DNA of 64,000 bases from a virus (taxonomy: Duplodnaviria > Caudoviricetes): positions 21,742 to 85,741 of IMG/VR virus record IMGVR_UViG_3300028025_003146; one strand, written 5' to 3'. How positions within the stretch are numbered: the first letter of the stretch is position 1; each line of letters begins with the position of its first letter. Both the position numbers and the translations under genes were made by a program. Under the pieces are notes generated by a model. That model did no database searches, was not told the DNA's origin, and saw nothing but the letters and a program-made list of their open reading frames with translations. Shown here piece after piece: positions 19,916-29,728 of the stretch.

Positions 19916-21493
19916 TTACGGGTTTGACCAATGAGGCATACTTACGATATGCGGATATTGGGTAGTGTTTGAGTGTGTATCAAATTGATAATGGTGTACT
20001 ATGTTATACGGCTGTAAATCTCCACCAAATGATAGAGTTGATCCATCTGTTCTTCTCAAATTTTTATTAGCTGATCCTGGATCTACAAGATACAGATGTG
20101 GCCCAGGAGTATCTCCGTTTTGAGCAGTATATATTGAAATAAACTTGTCTTCCTTGAACGGAACAATTGCAGTTCCATTAGAGCCATCTGTATTTCTAAA
20201 ATAGAATAGCTTTGTTGGATCCTGAGTATTTACAATATGACAGTTAATTCCATTTCCATAAAAGTGATATGGTGAATAAATTGCAACCCACTGATTATCC
20301 CATGTATTATGGTGCTTTTGTCCATACCAAGTTTCTGATTGATCAATTCCATAAGACGTTGTGTTTGCTAAGTTGATTTCAGTATCTGTAAATGCACCGA
20401 TTCCTGAGTTACCAGCGGTTCCTTGAGATGACATGTTCCAATATCCGTATCTCTGTGCATAACCGTCATGATTAAATCTTCCAAATCCTACAACACCGTT
20501 GTCTCCCATTACAATCTTCATGTGATATGAAGGCTCTGCTCTTGTTGAGCCAGCTTGCGCCCATGTGAAGTCATAGAATGCATAATTTTTTGCTGTTGCT
20601 AAGTGGTTTCCTGTTTGTGGCCCTGCTGCTTTTGCTTCTGACAGGAACTTATGAAGTGTCCCTGGCTTGTGGCTAAAATCATTTAGGCTATAGCTTGTAT
20701 TTCTCCATACGTGAAGTCTTATTGCATTAGCAGTTGTAGATTCTACAACAGCAAGCATTTTGGTTCTATCATTGTAAGATGACATTCCACGATTTGTGCG
20801 TCCCGCCCAAGTTGCGTAAGTAGCTGAGTTTAAAGAAACTCTGTCAAAATATCCGTATGCTGCACCTCTAGGTCTAATGTTAAATTCTGCATCATTAGAG
20901 TAATGGCTTACACGTTGTCTTACACCGTAAGCTCCTATAATAGTTCCGCATCTAATTAAATATTGATTAGTATCGTCTGCTCTATTCATCCAGTTTCCAG
21001 CAAAACCACCATGTAAATTAGGGCGGTATAGCATGTGTCCATCGGCAGAACCCCATACAGTCGATCCGCCGAAATATGTAGTTACTGTTGATTGACCGTA
21101 ATTTCCTTGAGTGTATGTGTATGATCTAAAGCTTTCATACCAGTTTGGCATTGAAGAAAGTTCTGGAGACTGATATCCTGCTAACCAGCCTGGCATTGCA
21201 TTTGTTCCAATAGATTGAAAATCTGAATTAATTATATTGAATCCAGCTTTATCGTTGTTATCGTTAGTCCAGATAGCAAATGTTGGTAGAGGAGAAATTT
21301 CTGTATTATTTCTTGATATTACAGGAGAAGCCTCTTTATTTCCAACTATTGATAGCTGTTGAGAAATTGTTGTTGACGTTGCTGAAATTGCTGTATTATT
21401 TGCATTTGCAATTGGAGTAATGATTGCTGCAATTGCAGATTCAAGACCTGGAACAATTATTTGTGAAGTGGTTGTTTCTGTATTATTTGGCAT
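19916..21493 (-). CDS. Putative receptor-binding/fibre protein, tandem paralog 2
   Basis: 525 aa, Gly/Asn/Thr/aromatic-rich; alignable end to end with 21503..23065. Confidence 0.6.
   Translation of the reverse strand: MPNNTETTTSQIIVPGLESAIAAIITPIANANNTAISATSTTISQQLSIVGNKEASPVISRNNTEISPLPTFAIWTNDNNDKAGFNIINSDFQSIGTNAMPGWLAGYQSPELSSMPNWYESFRSYTYTQGNYGQSTVTTYFGGSTVWGSADGHMLYRPNLHGGFAGNWMNRADDTNQYLIRCGTIIGAYGVRQRVSHYSNDAEFNIRPRGAAYGYFDRVSLNSATYATWAGRTNRGMSSYNDRTKMLAVVESTTANAIRLHVWRNTSYSLNDFSHKPGTLHKFLSEAKAAGPQTGNHLATAKNYAFYDFTWAQAGSTRAEPSYHMKIVMGDNGVVGFGRFNHDGYAQRYGYWNMSSQGTAGNSGIGAFTDTEINLANTTSYGIDQSETWYGQKHHNTWDNQWVAIYSPYHFYGNGINCHIVNTQDPTKLFYFRNTDGSNGTAIVPFKEDKFISIYTAQNGDTPGPHLYLVDPGSANKNLRRTDGSTLSFGGDLQPYNIVHHYQFDTHSNTTQYPHIVSMPHWSNP
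20781..20832. repeat. 52-bp perfect direct repeat, copy 1
   Basis: GACATTCCACGATTTGTGCGTCCCGCCCAAGTTGCGTAAGTAGCTGAGTTTA, identical at 22356..22407. Confidence 0.95.
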
Positions 21494-21502
21494 TTTTTCT
21501 CC

Positions 21503-23065
21503 TTAGACCGTTGTCCAGTGTGGTACTACTGAAATATGTGGGTACATTGTTGTGTGAGACATTGTATCAAAAGTAGAATAGAATGTTACGTTCCAGGGCT
21601 GCAGGTCTCCACCATTAGCAATGGTTGTTCCATCATTTCTATATCCATTTTCAAAAGCTGCTTGTGGGTTTGCGTAATATAGGTGTGGCCCTGGCCCATC
21701 TGCATTTTGTACGGAGTAGCACATTATAAACGAGCTTTCTCCAAATGGAACTGGTGATGTTCCCGCTGATCCGTCTGTATTTCTCCATGTGTAGTATTTT
21801 GTTGGATCTTGAGTATACACACAGTGAAGGTTAATTCCATTGTGGTAGTAGTGATATGGTGCGTATGAAATTACCCAGTTATTGTCCCATGAAATATTTG
21901 TTCTAATTCCATAAGTATCTCCTTGGTTAATTCCATAAGATGTTGTATTTCCTAGGTTCGCTCCGCTATCGGTAAATGCTCCAGTTCCACTGTTTCCTGG
22001 TGTACCTGGATTAGATGGAATAAACCATCCGTATTGCTGAGCATTGCCTTCTGGAGAAAATCTTGAGAAGCCAACTGTTCCGTTGTCTCCCATAATTAAT
22101 CTCATCACATAAGCTGCCTCTGGATTTGCTGAGCCTGCTGATGTCCATGTAAAATCATAAAATGCATAACTTGCTGTTGTTCCTGAAGGACCCGCTGTTT
22201 TTGCTTCTGACAAGAATAAATGAAGGTCTCCAGATTCGTAATTGCTAGCATTTAAATCATATGATGGGTTTGTGTTCTTCCATACGTGCAAGCGAATTTG
22301 ATTTGCTGTATTTGATTCAGCAACTGCAAGTGTTTTAGTTCTGTCGTTGTAAGAAGACATTCCACGATTTGTGCGTCCCGCCCAAGTTGCGTAAGTAGCT
22401 GAGTTTAGATTTACCTGATCTACGAAACCGTAAACAGATCCTCTCATTCTAACTTGAAATGTTGAGTCTGTCGAATAGTGATTCATTCTTGGACGAACAC
22501 CACGAACACCAATAATAGTTCCAGATCGTTTTGTGAACTGGCCCCAGTCTCCTGCTCTATTAAAATTAGTATTTCCGTAATTTCCAAATGTTTGGAAAGA
22601 GTAGAGGTGGTTTCCTTCGTGGCCATTCATATTTGTTCCAGCGCCTGAATAAGTTGTGTTACCACCCTGACCGATATTTCCGTTTGTATATGTCCAGCCT
22701 CTGTAATCTTCATACCAGTTACTTAGATCTGATAGAGCTGCGTCTGTCCATCCACCTTGACGGTTATTTAGTCTGCTTGTTGCAACAACTTGAAAATCAG
22801 AATTTATAATTGAATATCCAGCTTTAGTATCATTATTTTGATTTGACCAGATAGCGAACATTGGATAAGGAGAAACCTCTGTATTGGTTCTTGATGTAGC
22901 AGCATTTGCAACTTTTCCAATTAGGCTTGAAAATTGTCCTGGAATTGCACTTTGCAATGTTGATACAGCAGCAGATGTCGTATAAGCAATTGGCTGAACA
23001 ACAGCTGAGATGTTTGTTTCGAATCCAGGAATGTAGACCTGATTTGTAGTCGTATTAACTGCCAT
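21503..23065 (-). CDS. Putative receptor-binding/fibre protein, tandem paralog 1
   Basis: 520 aa; paralog of 19916..21493. Confidence 0.6.
   Translation of the reverse strand: MAVNTTTNQVYIPGFETNISAVVQPIAYTTSAAVSTLQSAIPGQFSSLIGKVANAATSRTNTEVSPYPMFAIWSNQNNDTKAGYSIINSDFQVVATSRLNNRQGGWTDAALSDLSNWYEDYRGWTYTNGNIGQGGNTTYSGAGTNMNGHEGNHLYSFQTFGNYGNTNFNRAGDWGQFTKRSGTIIGVRGVRPRMNHYSTDSTFQVRMRGSVYGFVDQVNLNSATYATWAGRTNRGMSSYNDRTKTLAVAESNTANQIRLHVWKNTNPSYDLNASNYESGDLHLFLSEAKTAGPSGTTASYAFYDFTWTSAGSANPEAAYVMRLIMGDNGTVGFSRFSPEGNAQQYGWFIPSNPGTPGNSGTGAFTDSGANLGNTTSYGINQGDTYGIRTNISWDNNWVISYAPYHYYHNGINLHCVYTQDPTKYYTWRNTDGSAGTSPVPFGESSFIMCYSVQNADGPGPHLYYANPQAAFENGYRNDGTTIANGGDLQPWNVTFYSTFDTMSHTTMYPHISVVPHWTTV
22356..22407. 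repeat. 52-bp perfect direct repeat, copy 2
   Basis: Identical to 20781..20832. Confidence 0.95.
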
Positions 23066-23087
23066 TGTATTTCTCCCTTAAATTATA

Positions 23088-23405
23088 TTATACTTGTGTA
23101 ATTTTTACGCCAGAGATGAAGACTGAGACGGAGTCTGCAGCACTTGCACTGATCTGAATATTTTCTGCTGTGTTAAGAACTTGCTTAACATCAAGAACAA
23201 TAATAGCACGAGGCGGAACATCTAGGGTCTTTACAAAGAACTTTCCTGCCATTCTCATTGTCACTGTTCTAGTAGCATCTGTTAGGTTATCAAATGTGAT
23301 AGATGTAATAACATCGATCTGTGCTGCTGGTGTTGTGTATACTGATGTTTCTGATGCAGGTAGTGTATCTGCATAAAATCTGCTTGGTAAGCTTACTGTT
23401 GCCAT
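23088..23405 (-). CDS. Small virion adaptor protein
   Basis: 105 aa beta-rich protein; paralog of 17661..17987. Confidence 0.6.
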   Translation of the reverse strand: MATVSLPSRFYADTLPASETSVYTTPAAQIDVITSITFDNLTDATRTVTMRMAGKFFVKTLDVPPRAIIVLDVKQVLNTAENIQISASAADSVSVFISGVKITQV

Positions 23406-23406
23406 A

Positions 23407-23739
23407 TTAAATTACTCCCATGTTTGTATAAATTGTGTAGTTATCTATCGAAGATTGGATGGTAGCAACGTTTGCTGCTCCAGCCGAATTAACTGCAACG
23501 ATCTGTGTAGACCCTGCTGTGTTAACTGTTGCAACAGCTCCAGAAGAAGCTGTTTGAATTTCTGTCACCTTCGATGATGTAGCAGAAACAATATCATTTA
23601 CTCCTAGGAGGTTGCCCATTGACTCTAGAGCCTTTGCTAGAAAGACTAGGTCCTGAGAATTTAGAGTTGAACTCGACAGGGCTGTTACCTTTGTCTTAAA
23701 AAGATCAACTTGTGATGATAAACTTGAATAATCTGGCAT
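23407..23739 (-). CDS. Fibre anchor protein (paralog of the N-terminus of 29728..30393)
   Basis: MPDYSSLSSQVDLFKTKV vs MPDYTTLQTQVELFKTKV. Confidence 0.65.
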   Translation of the reverse strand: MPDYSSLSSQVDLFKTKVTALSSSTLNSQDLVFLAKALESMGNLLGVNDIVSATSSKVTEIQTASSGAVATVNTAGSTQIVAVNSAGAANVATIQSSIDNYTIYTNMGVI

Positions 23740-23862
23740 TTTGTTCTCCTATGTATGAATTATAGCATAACTGTTTTTATTGTTTAGTACCCCGCCTTGC
23801 CTATAACACTCTTAATTATACCCCACCAGCCTTCTTTAGGCCAGTGGGGTACAGCAATTATT

Positions 23863-24813
23863 TTAGAGAATTCCTCCATAGTATAAGGTTATGCCCATTA
23901 AGACCACTGGGATCACCAAAGCAAAAATTGCCTTATAGTAATCTTTGAGAGGGGTTCTAAAGTAGCTCTTACCTACAACTAAACACTTGTGTGCTGGAGA
24001 CAACATATATCCTGCGTAGTCGACTGCAAAGAATAGCGGCAAAGTTTCTATGCCAAATACTCCTACTGAGAGGACGACAAATCCAGCAAACTTGCTAGAA
24101 CTTCCCAAGGCAAAACTTGCCAAGAATCCAGCAAAGGCAACTAGGATCAATAGATTATTTTTATGGGCACTTTCTACCCATGCATTTATTGTATCAAAAT
24201 TAGCCTTTACAATATTGCTCAGGATAATAACAATTCCAGTAAATAGAATTACTCTTGCATAATCAAGCAGTTGCTTTCGATCACGCTTTGCATCTGCCTC
24301 AAGTTGCCATGGCTGCTTATCGCTTTTCTTTAAAGGCTTGTCTGGGATATTAATTTCAATATCATCTTCCTTTAAAATCTTAAATATATAGAAAAGGATT
24401 ACTATTAATGTTGTAGCAATAAGTGGCCAAAGTCTGCTCATCAACTCCCAGTAACTAATACTTAGTGCTGCCATTGGGAGAAGAACTGTTGCTTCTAGTG
24501 GTGACCAAAAGTAGAAATGATGCGTAGAAAGGTAATCAATGATTCCGTAATTTTTACGCTTCTTTTGATCTTCTGGGGCAATTGTATCTAGTGCACCAGC
24601 CGAAACAGCGACACGACCTGAAATCGGCAGTACGCCAGAGAACAGAGAAATAAGAGCAACTACTGCTCTTTTAGATTTAACATTTTTGGCAATCCAGCTG
24701 TAAAATGGCAGGAATACCTGGGTTTTCTTTGCAGCAAAGGACAATGCCATTACTGACGCTAGCAGTATTAAGAACTGCTGATTATTTAAAAACAAAGAGG
24801 GTGTAATTTCCAT
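23863..24813 (-). CDS. Multi-pass membrane transporter-like protein (IT superfamily / DUF401-like)
   Basis: About 9-10 hydrophobic segments; SLFSGVLPISGRVAVSA, HHFYFWSPL and YAGYMLSPAHKCLVV motifs. Confidence 0.7.
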   Translation of the reverse strand: MEITPSLFLNNQQFLILLASVMALSFAAKKTQVFLPFYSWIAKNVKSKRAVVALISLFSGVLPISGRVAVSAGALDTIAPEDQKKRKNYGIIDYLSTHHFYFWSPLEATVLLPMAALSISYWELMSRLWPLIATTLIVILFYIFKILKEDDIEINIPDKPLKKSDKQPWQLEADAKRDRKQLLDYARVILFTGIVIILSNIVKANFDTINAWVESAHKNNLLILVAFAGFLASFALGSSSKFAGFVVLSVGVFGIETLPLFFAVDYAGYMLSPAHKCLVVGKSYFRTPLKDYYKAIFALVIPVVLMGITLYYGGIL

Positions 24814-24988
24814 CTTTATAACCTTTCAGCATTTATAGAAATCTAATTTAGATACCTATATAAACACAAGCGCTAGCATCTTTGAGGTCTTAATTCGTGT
24901 CATTAAGACGTACAAATATAATAGGCACGTGTGCCTTTGTAGCAAAATACGGTCTTTTATATGCTCGAATCCGTATATGATACAAAAT

Positions 24989-26635
24989 CTATTCTTTGCT
25001 TACAACAACTATGTATAAGCCGTTCCACCAGTCCGTATCAGACTCTAATGAATTTAATATCTTCTTACTATATAATATTTTTAATCCTGATTCAAGTATT
25101 CCCTTATGGGCACCTTTTACAACATCCGTCCAGTTTGCGTCATCAAATATTAAAATAGACTGTTGGGCAAAAGTTGCGGAATAATACTTTACTGCATTTT
25201 TTGTAGACTCAAAGTCGTGAGGTCCATCATAAAAGAAAAGATCAATATCCGATATAGGCTTTAGGTTAACCTTAAACATATCTGAATTAGATATAAATAC
25301 TTTATTATTACCTTTGTATGGATTAATATTTTTCTTAAACTCTTCTAAGGAATTGGTGTCTGGTGTTTCCCACCCTTCTCTTACGGCCTGTGGAGCCTCC
25401 TGCCAGGTGTCTACGAAGTATGCCTGCAAGTTATTGCCACTCAATGCTGCAGCGGCTGTAGCACCCTGATAAGAACCAATTTCGAGGTATTTAGAAGAAG
25501 ACTTAGCCAAACCATTTATTAATGACTGAACTCTAGTCGATGTTAAACCTGGTATATTAATTTCAATTGGGTTATTTACAGAATCAACTAATTGCTGTGC
25601 AACAATGGCGACCTTTGGACTAATATGATTGCCATATTTTGCAGCCATTATTTTGTCACAATAACCACAATCCCAGCAATCAAATTTACAATTTTTGATC
25701 TTATTACGCCAGATGGCAATAGGCTTGTCAACCATATTGGTCTCTTCAATAAAATCATTAAAGCTATCAAATAGAATTTCTTCATTGTTTGCATATCTTT
25801 TGATTATATCCATAGTTTCTTTTAGGCGGACATGCGACTCTCTTCCGTGCATCTTAATAACATCAATTCCTAGGTCGTCTATAAACTCTTGCCAGTCTTC
25901 ACGCCATGGTGGGAAATTGGCTGTCTTTAAAGATACGGCAAAATCTTCATGATCCCATTTCGGACAAGACACTCTGCTTATTGGGTCATTAAAATATTGA
26001 GGTCCGTCTGTTCTAGTATTATTAAACTGATAATGCTCATCCATCATTACGCATCCGCCGTAGCACCCTTCATTGGCAAGCAAGGATATCTTAACGCCGA
26101 ACTGAGATTTAGCTTTTTTAAAACGCTTTAGCTTCTCGTGATCACGCATTAAATCTCTATCAAGATTAATATAATCAAATCCAGCTTTTGCAAGGTGCTC
26201 TATGTCCCTTGGCTCTGACACATTTCTGAGAATGGTATTTTTTACAAATAGATCTGGAAATGCCTTTTTTATTTGTCCTGTTGCCATCCAGTGTGTGTGA
26301 GGTATTGTTGCTGACTTAATACCCGAATCGTATACGGGTCTAAAGTTTTCTATAAACAAATCTAAATTCTGTTGAGAGGGTCTAACTTGTATATTATTAA
26401 AAACGGCAGAAGCGGTTACCCCAGTCTCGTTTTGAATATGTAAGGCCAGGCCTATAAGATAATTATGGTCTTCTTCTCCGCCGTTAAATACATCACCCAT
26501 GGCGTCTTGGTCAAAAGGAGATACCCTACAGGTAAAATAAAAGTCATATATAAATGACTTATATTCTTTTAGAAAAGAAATAAACTCATTTAACTGATTT
26601 TCAGTTAGCTTGGGGTTTAGTGGTACGCTAAACAT
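24989..26635 (-). CDS. U32-family (Fe-S hydroxylase-type) domain fused to class I SAM methyltransferase
   Basis: N-terminal part: YINLDRDL, LLANEGCYGGC, SC, DVIKMHGRE, CKFDCWDCGYC. C-terminal part: YLEIGSYQG, DLFFYDGPH, ILIFDD (Methyltransf_24-like). Confidence 0.8.
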   Translation of the reverse strand: MFSVPLNPKLTENQLNEFISFLKEYKSFIYDFYFTCRVSPFDQDAMGDVFNGGEEDHNYLIGLALHIQNETGVTASAVFNNIQVRPSQQNLDLFIENFRPVYDSGIKSATIPHTHWMATGQIKKAFPDLFVKNTILRNVSEPRDIEHLAKAGFDYINLDRDLMRDHEKLKRFKKAKSQFGVKISLLANEGCYGGCVMMDEHYQFNNTRTDGPQYFNDPISRVSCPKWDHEDFAVSLKTANFPPWREDWQEFIDDLGIDVIKMHGRESHVRLKETMDIIKRYANNEEILFDSFNDFIEETNMVDKPIAIWRNKIKNCKFDCWDCGYCDKIMAAKYGNHISPKVAIVAQQLVDSVNNPIEINIPGLTSTRVQSLINGLAKSSSKYLEIGSYQGATAAAALSGNNLQAYFVDTWQEAPQAVREGWETPDTNSLEEFKKNINPYKGNNKVFISNSDMFKVNLKPISDIDLFFYDGPHDFESTKNAVKYYSATFAQQSILIFDDANWTDVVKGAHKGILESGLKILYSKKILNSLESDTDWWNGLYIVVVSKE

Positions 26636-26640
26636 TTATC

Positions 26641-27198
26641 CTACAAATCTATTTTTGATAAAGTATCCGCATCATAATGAACGCCAAAATGATTATTTAA
26701 TAGTATACCAGCTTCTACCCAATCTTGGCAAGAGATGATCTTTTGATAGATTTCATTCTTTTTATTTAAGTGGTACTTTTCACATTTATAGTCGTCCTGC
26801 TTTAAAAACTCTGGTGTAGATTTTAATAACAAAAGTTTATTTGAATAGTATTTTTCTAGCATGAATATCATTGCAGCTTTTTGGAAAAGGCATGCATTCT
26901 GTTTATCTTCTTCAGTCAAGGTATACTTAAACTTACCCTCTACCTGCTCAAATGGCTTACCCTCTAGTTGTGATAAATGTAAGGTGTTTGGCCTAAGCTT
27001 TATATAGCCTTTATACTTTCCAACAAACTGATACGCAAGAGCAACTTCTTTTGTTACCACCGTCATTTTTGGAAGGTTCATATACAGCATCTGGCTTTCA
27101 TCTACTGCCCCTACGAGCAAATTGCTCCATTCACCAATATGCTGGATGTAATTATTTTTCTCCGTTTTATCTTCTGGATCAAATAAAAAGTAAATCAT
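26641..27198 (-). CDS. Hypothetical protein
   Basis: 185-aa ORF coupled to neighbours. Confidence 0.7.
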   Translation of the reverse strand: MIYFLFDPEDKTEKNNYIQHIGEWSNLLVGAVDESQMLYMNLPKMTVVTKEVALAYQFVGKYKGYIKLRPNTLHLSQLEGKPFEQVEGKFKYTLTEEDKQNACLFQKAAMIFMLEKYYSNKLLLLKSTPEFLKQDDYKCEKYHLNKKNEIYQKIISCQDWVEAGILLNNHFGVHYDADTLSKIDL

Positions 27199-27926
27199 TG
27201 AATTTCTTCCCAGAGTCCACTTTCTGAATCGGCAAGCTCTAATCTTTTTCTTGTCTCTATTTGCAATAAATCTAGGTGTTTATTTGTTTCTATAGCTTTA
27301 ACAACTGCAGTTTCAAGAGCTATTTCTCTAACTTCTTTTGGCAATTGATCAATGGCCTCCATGTTTCCGCCATTAACTCTTCCATAAAACATTAAGTCGT
27401 AAGCTGCTTGCGCTCCTAGTCTAATTCCCCAAAGCTCTGCCTCAAGCCTTTCTTCTTCATCATGATCTCCAATTATATCCATAATCAGTCTACCGTCAGA
27501 AAGTCTACCCTCATCAGAAGAGTTAAATTTATCTATTAGCATCATATACTTATCTCGTTCTTCGTATACTAAGCTGACACTATTTTTTTGATTTAACAGA
27601 ACTCTTTCTTTTTCTTTAATATTAAGCTCATGAATTTTAATTTCTGCAGGAGAAGTAGAAGCACTAATTTTTTCTTTTTCTAAATCAATTTCTAGTCTAG
27701 TTCTTTCTATTTTAAGCTCTTGCTCTACAATCATATTCTCTCTTGCTCCTAGCTCAAGCAAAAGCTGTCTAAGTTTTCCAAATGGAGTAAATTGCGCTCC
27801 ACCAACAAAATTATCTATTTTAAATACTGGCACCCCCCAATGTCTATTTGTAGCATAAAGAAGAATATCTTTTTGTGATTTTGTATAGCCAGAAACATCC
27901 GACGTTATATCGTTTATATATCTCAT
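27195..27926 (-). CDS. Coiled-coil hypothetical protein
   Basis: 243 aa, Glu/Lys-rich; TPFGKLRQLLLEL. Confidence 0.7.
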   Translation of the reverse strand: MRYINDITSDVSGYTKSQKDILLYATNRHWGVPVFKIDNFVGGAQFTPFGKLRQLLLELGARENMIVEQELKIERTRLEIDLEKEKISASTSPAEIKIHELNIKEKERVLLNQKNSVSLVYEERDKYMMLIDKFNSSDEGRLSDGRLIMDIIGDHDEEERLEAELWGIRLGAQAAYDLMFYGRVNGGNMEAIDQLPKEVREIALETAVVKAIETNKHLDLLQIETRKRLELADSESGLWEEIQ

Positions 27927-27941
27927 TTTATTACCTATCTA

Positions 27942-28862
27942 TTAAGAACGTTGTGCTGAGTAGCCAGAACTTCTTCCTGGAACTCCCTTAGACTGCATTG
28001 ATCCTCCGCCTTCAAAGCCAGAATCTGTAGCGTAGTTAAATCTCCAAGATCTGTTATTTTGCTCTCCGTTATAGTTTCCAAGCATGTATTGCCATGCTTG
28101 TCCCATATCAAAATTTTCTTCACCACAATTTGTAATTGGCTTTCCAACAGTTCCTATATTTGTTTCAGTAGCAACACTAAATCTTCTTAAGTTGTTTCCA
28201 CCTGCATAGTTACCCTCATTACCTGCGTATAGAGTAGTTAACTTTGAAGAAATTCCTTTTTGTTGTCCGTGAACGCCATTGCAAGGTGATTGAGCTTGAG
28301 TTTCTGTTGCAAAAGTTAATTTAACACCATTATCATCTCCATAGTGAAAACCTTTTGTTTCATGATAAAAAGATGACATTGTTTGAGAGTTGGATCCAAA
28401 GCTTTTGCCAAGTGAACTCATCCAAGACTGTGTTGTGAAATTAAACTTCATAATTGCTGCTACACCTACTTCGCCTGGTGCACCATATGCGTACAGTTGC
28501 TCTTGATGCATAATTGTTCCTGCATTTCCTACTGCATATGGGGCGGAAGGACCAATAATTGATGTGTTTGTTCTCATATTGTAACGATTGGTTTGCGAGC
28601 TTGATCCTCCAACTGTATTATTGGCTTTAAGAAGATAGGCAAATGTATCATCACACATTCCACCAGGATATCCACTAGAGTTATTTAGCGGACTACCTAA
28701 ATCAATTGTTGTATCAGTTGAGTGTGTTACTTCGTTAACGCTTGTCCATGGCGAACTGTTTCTGTATCCAGCAAGCACGTAACCCTTTGTAATAACCTGT
28801 CTCAAAAGAAATGCTACGGGCCCACCTGAACCAGACATATATCTATTTTGCGGAAATGGCAT
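27942..28862 (-). CDS. Gly/Ser-rich beta-propeller-like fibre-tip protein (putative)
   Basis: About 40-45-aa repeating units (KGYVLAGY, AYLLK, YAYGA, GFHYG, LYAGNEG, QYMLG) each followed by a (K/R)F.(F/Y)ATET-like strand. Confidence 0.55.
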   Translation of the reverse strand: MPFPQNRYMSGSGGPVAFLLRQVITKGYVLAGYRNSSPWTSVNEVTHSTDTTIDLGSPLNNSSGYPGGMCDDTFAYLLKANNTVGGSSSQTNRYNMRTNTSIIGPSAPYAVGNAGTIMHQEQLYAYGAPGEVGVAAIMKFNFTTQSWMSSLGKSFGSNSQTMSSFYHETKGFHYGDDNGVKLTFATETQAQSPCNGVHGQQKGISSKLTTLYAGNEGNYAGGNNLRRFSVATETNIGTVGKPITNCGEENFDMGQAWQYMLGNYNGEQNNRSWRFNYATDSGFEGGGSMQSKGVPGRSSGYSAQRS

Positions 28863-29363
28863 TTAAACCTCCACAGTATATTTTAGTTTGACTGAAGCAA
28901 TTCCTAATGTGGGCCATGTGATATTAAATGGGTTTGTTTGTTCTGTAATATCTCTTAAAGATTTTCTATATGCAATAATCTTTTCTTGATCTGAATCTGA
29001 AAAAGAAGAAAATACATCTGGCATAACTAGGTAGTCTGTTGCGGTAATAGTGTTATCTCTATGATATTTTACTAGATTCCACTGATTTGCTATTACTTCT
29101 GCTTTTTCTTCATTCGATAAATCAATAAGCACATATGAGCCTTTAACTTTTTTACCAGCAAGGACTCTTTCAAAAGAAACTTTCTTTTTAGTTGGATCGA
29201 ATGATGGGGTTTCTGCTTCATCTTCACATATATACCAATTATCAAAGCCTTCAAGGTGTGATTCTAAAATTGGTGAAGGGAAATGTGTTGAAGGATACAT
29301 CTCTCTTAGCTGTTGCTCATTTACAATTTGAGTAATATGCTTATCTATAACTTGTGCGTACAT
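28863..29363 (-). CDS. Tail fibre assembly chaperone
   Basis: WNLVKYHRDNTITATDY...YRKSLRDITEQTNPFNITWP. Confidence 0.8.
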   Translation of the reverse strand: MYAQVIDKHITQIVNEQQLREMYPSTHFPSPILESHLEGFDNWYICEDEAETPSFDPTKKKVSFERVLAGKKVKGSYVLIDLSNEEKAEVIANQWNLVKYHRDNTITATDYLVMPDVFSSFSDSDQEKIIAYRKSLRDITEQTNPFNITWPTLGIASVKLKYTVEV

Positions 29364-29728
29364 TATCGTGAGTCCTTCATTGATATTGATCCTCGCCAGT
29401 TTGTTCCATTATCGTATGTAATAAATGTTATAACATCGATTCCTCCAGAAGTGAGGGCTGGAGCTGTAGCTCCTGGATATTTTGCATTTGCAAATGTTAT
29501 TGTGTATGCTCCTCCGCCAGTTAATTGTAGAGAAAAAGAAACAACTCCCGTTGTTGGGGTATTAATAATAGTAAATGTTGTTGCTGCTGTTACTGTGCAA
29601 GTAAAATCATTTGATAGAGATAAGTCTAAGTTTACTGCACCTGAACGAGACCCTAGGTCTAGTCTTCCAGTCTTATATGTATTAAGGGATCCAACTTGAT
29701 CTCCGATAACATCGCTTAATAGTGCCAT
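29363..29728 (-). CDS. Tail fibre-associated domain protein
   Basis: VNLDLSLSNDF...APALTSGGIDVITFITYDNGTNWRG; probable start 29728 (TAATG overlap). Confidence 0.6.
   Translation of the reverse strand: MALLSDVIGDQVGSLNTYKTGRLDLGSRSGAVNLDLSLSNDFTCTVTAATTFTIINTPTTGVVSFSLQLTGGGAYTITFANAKYPGATAPALTSGGIDVITFITYDNGTNWRGSISMKDSR

Noticed and set aside
24814-24988. Known riboswitch class (TPP, cobalamin, SAM-I)
   Set aside because: I could not find their conserved cores; kept only as an unclassified candidate.
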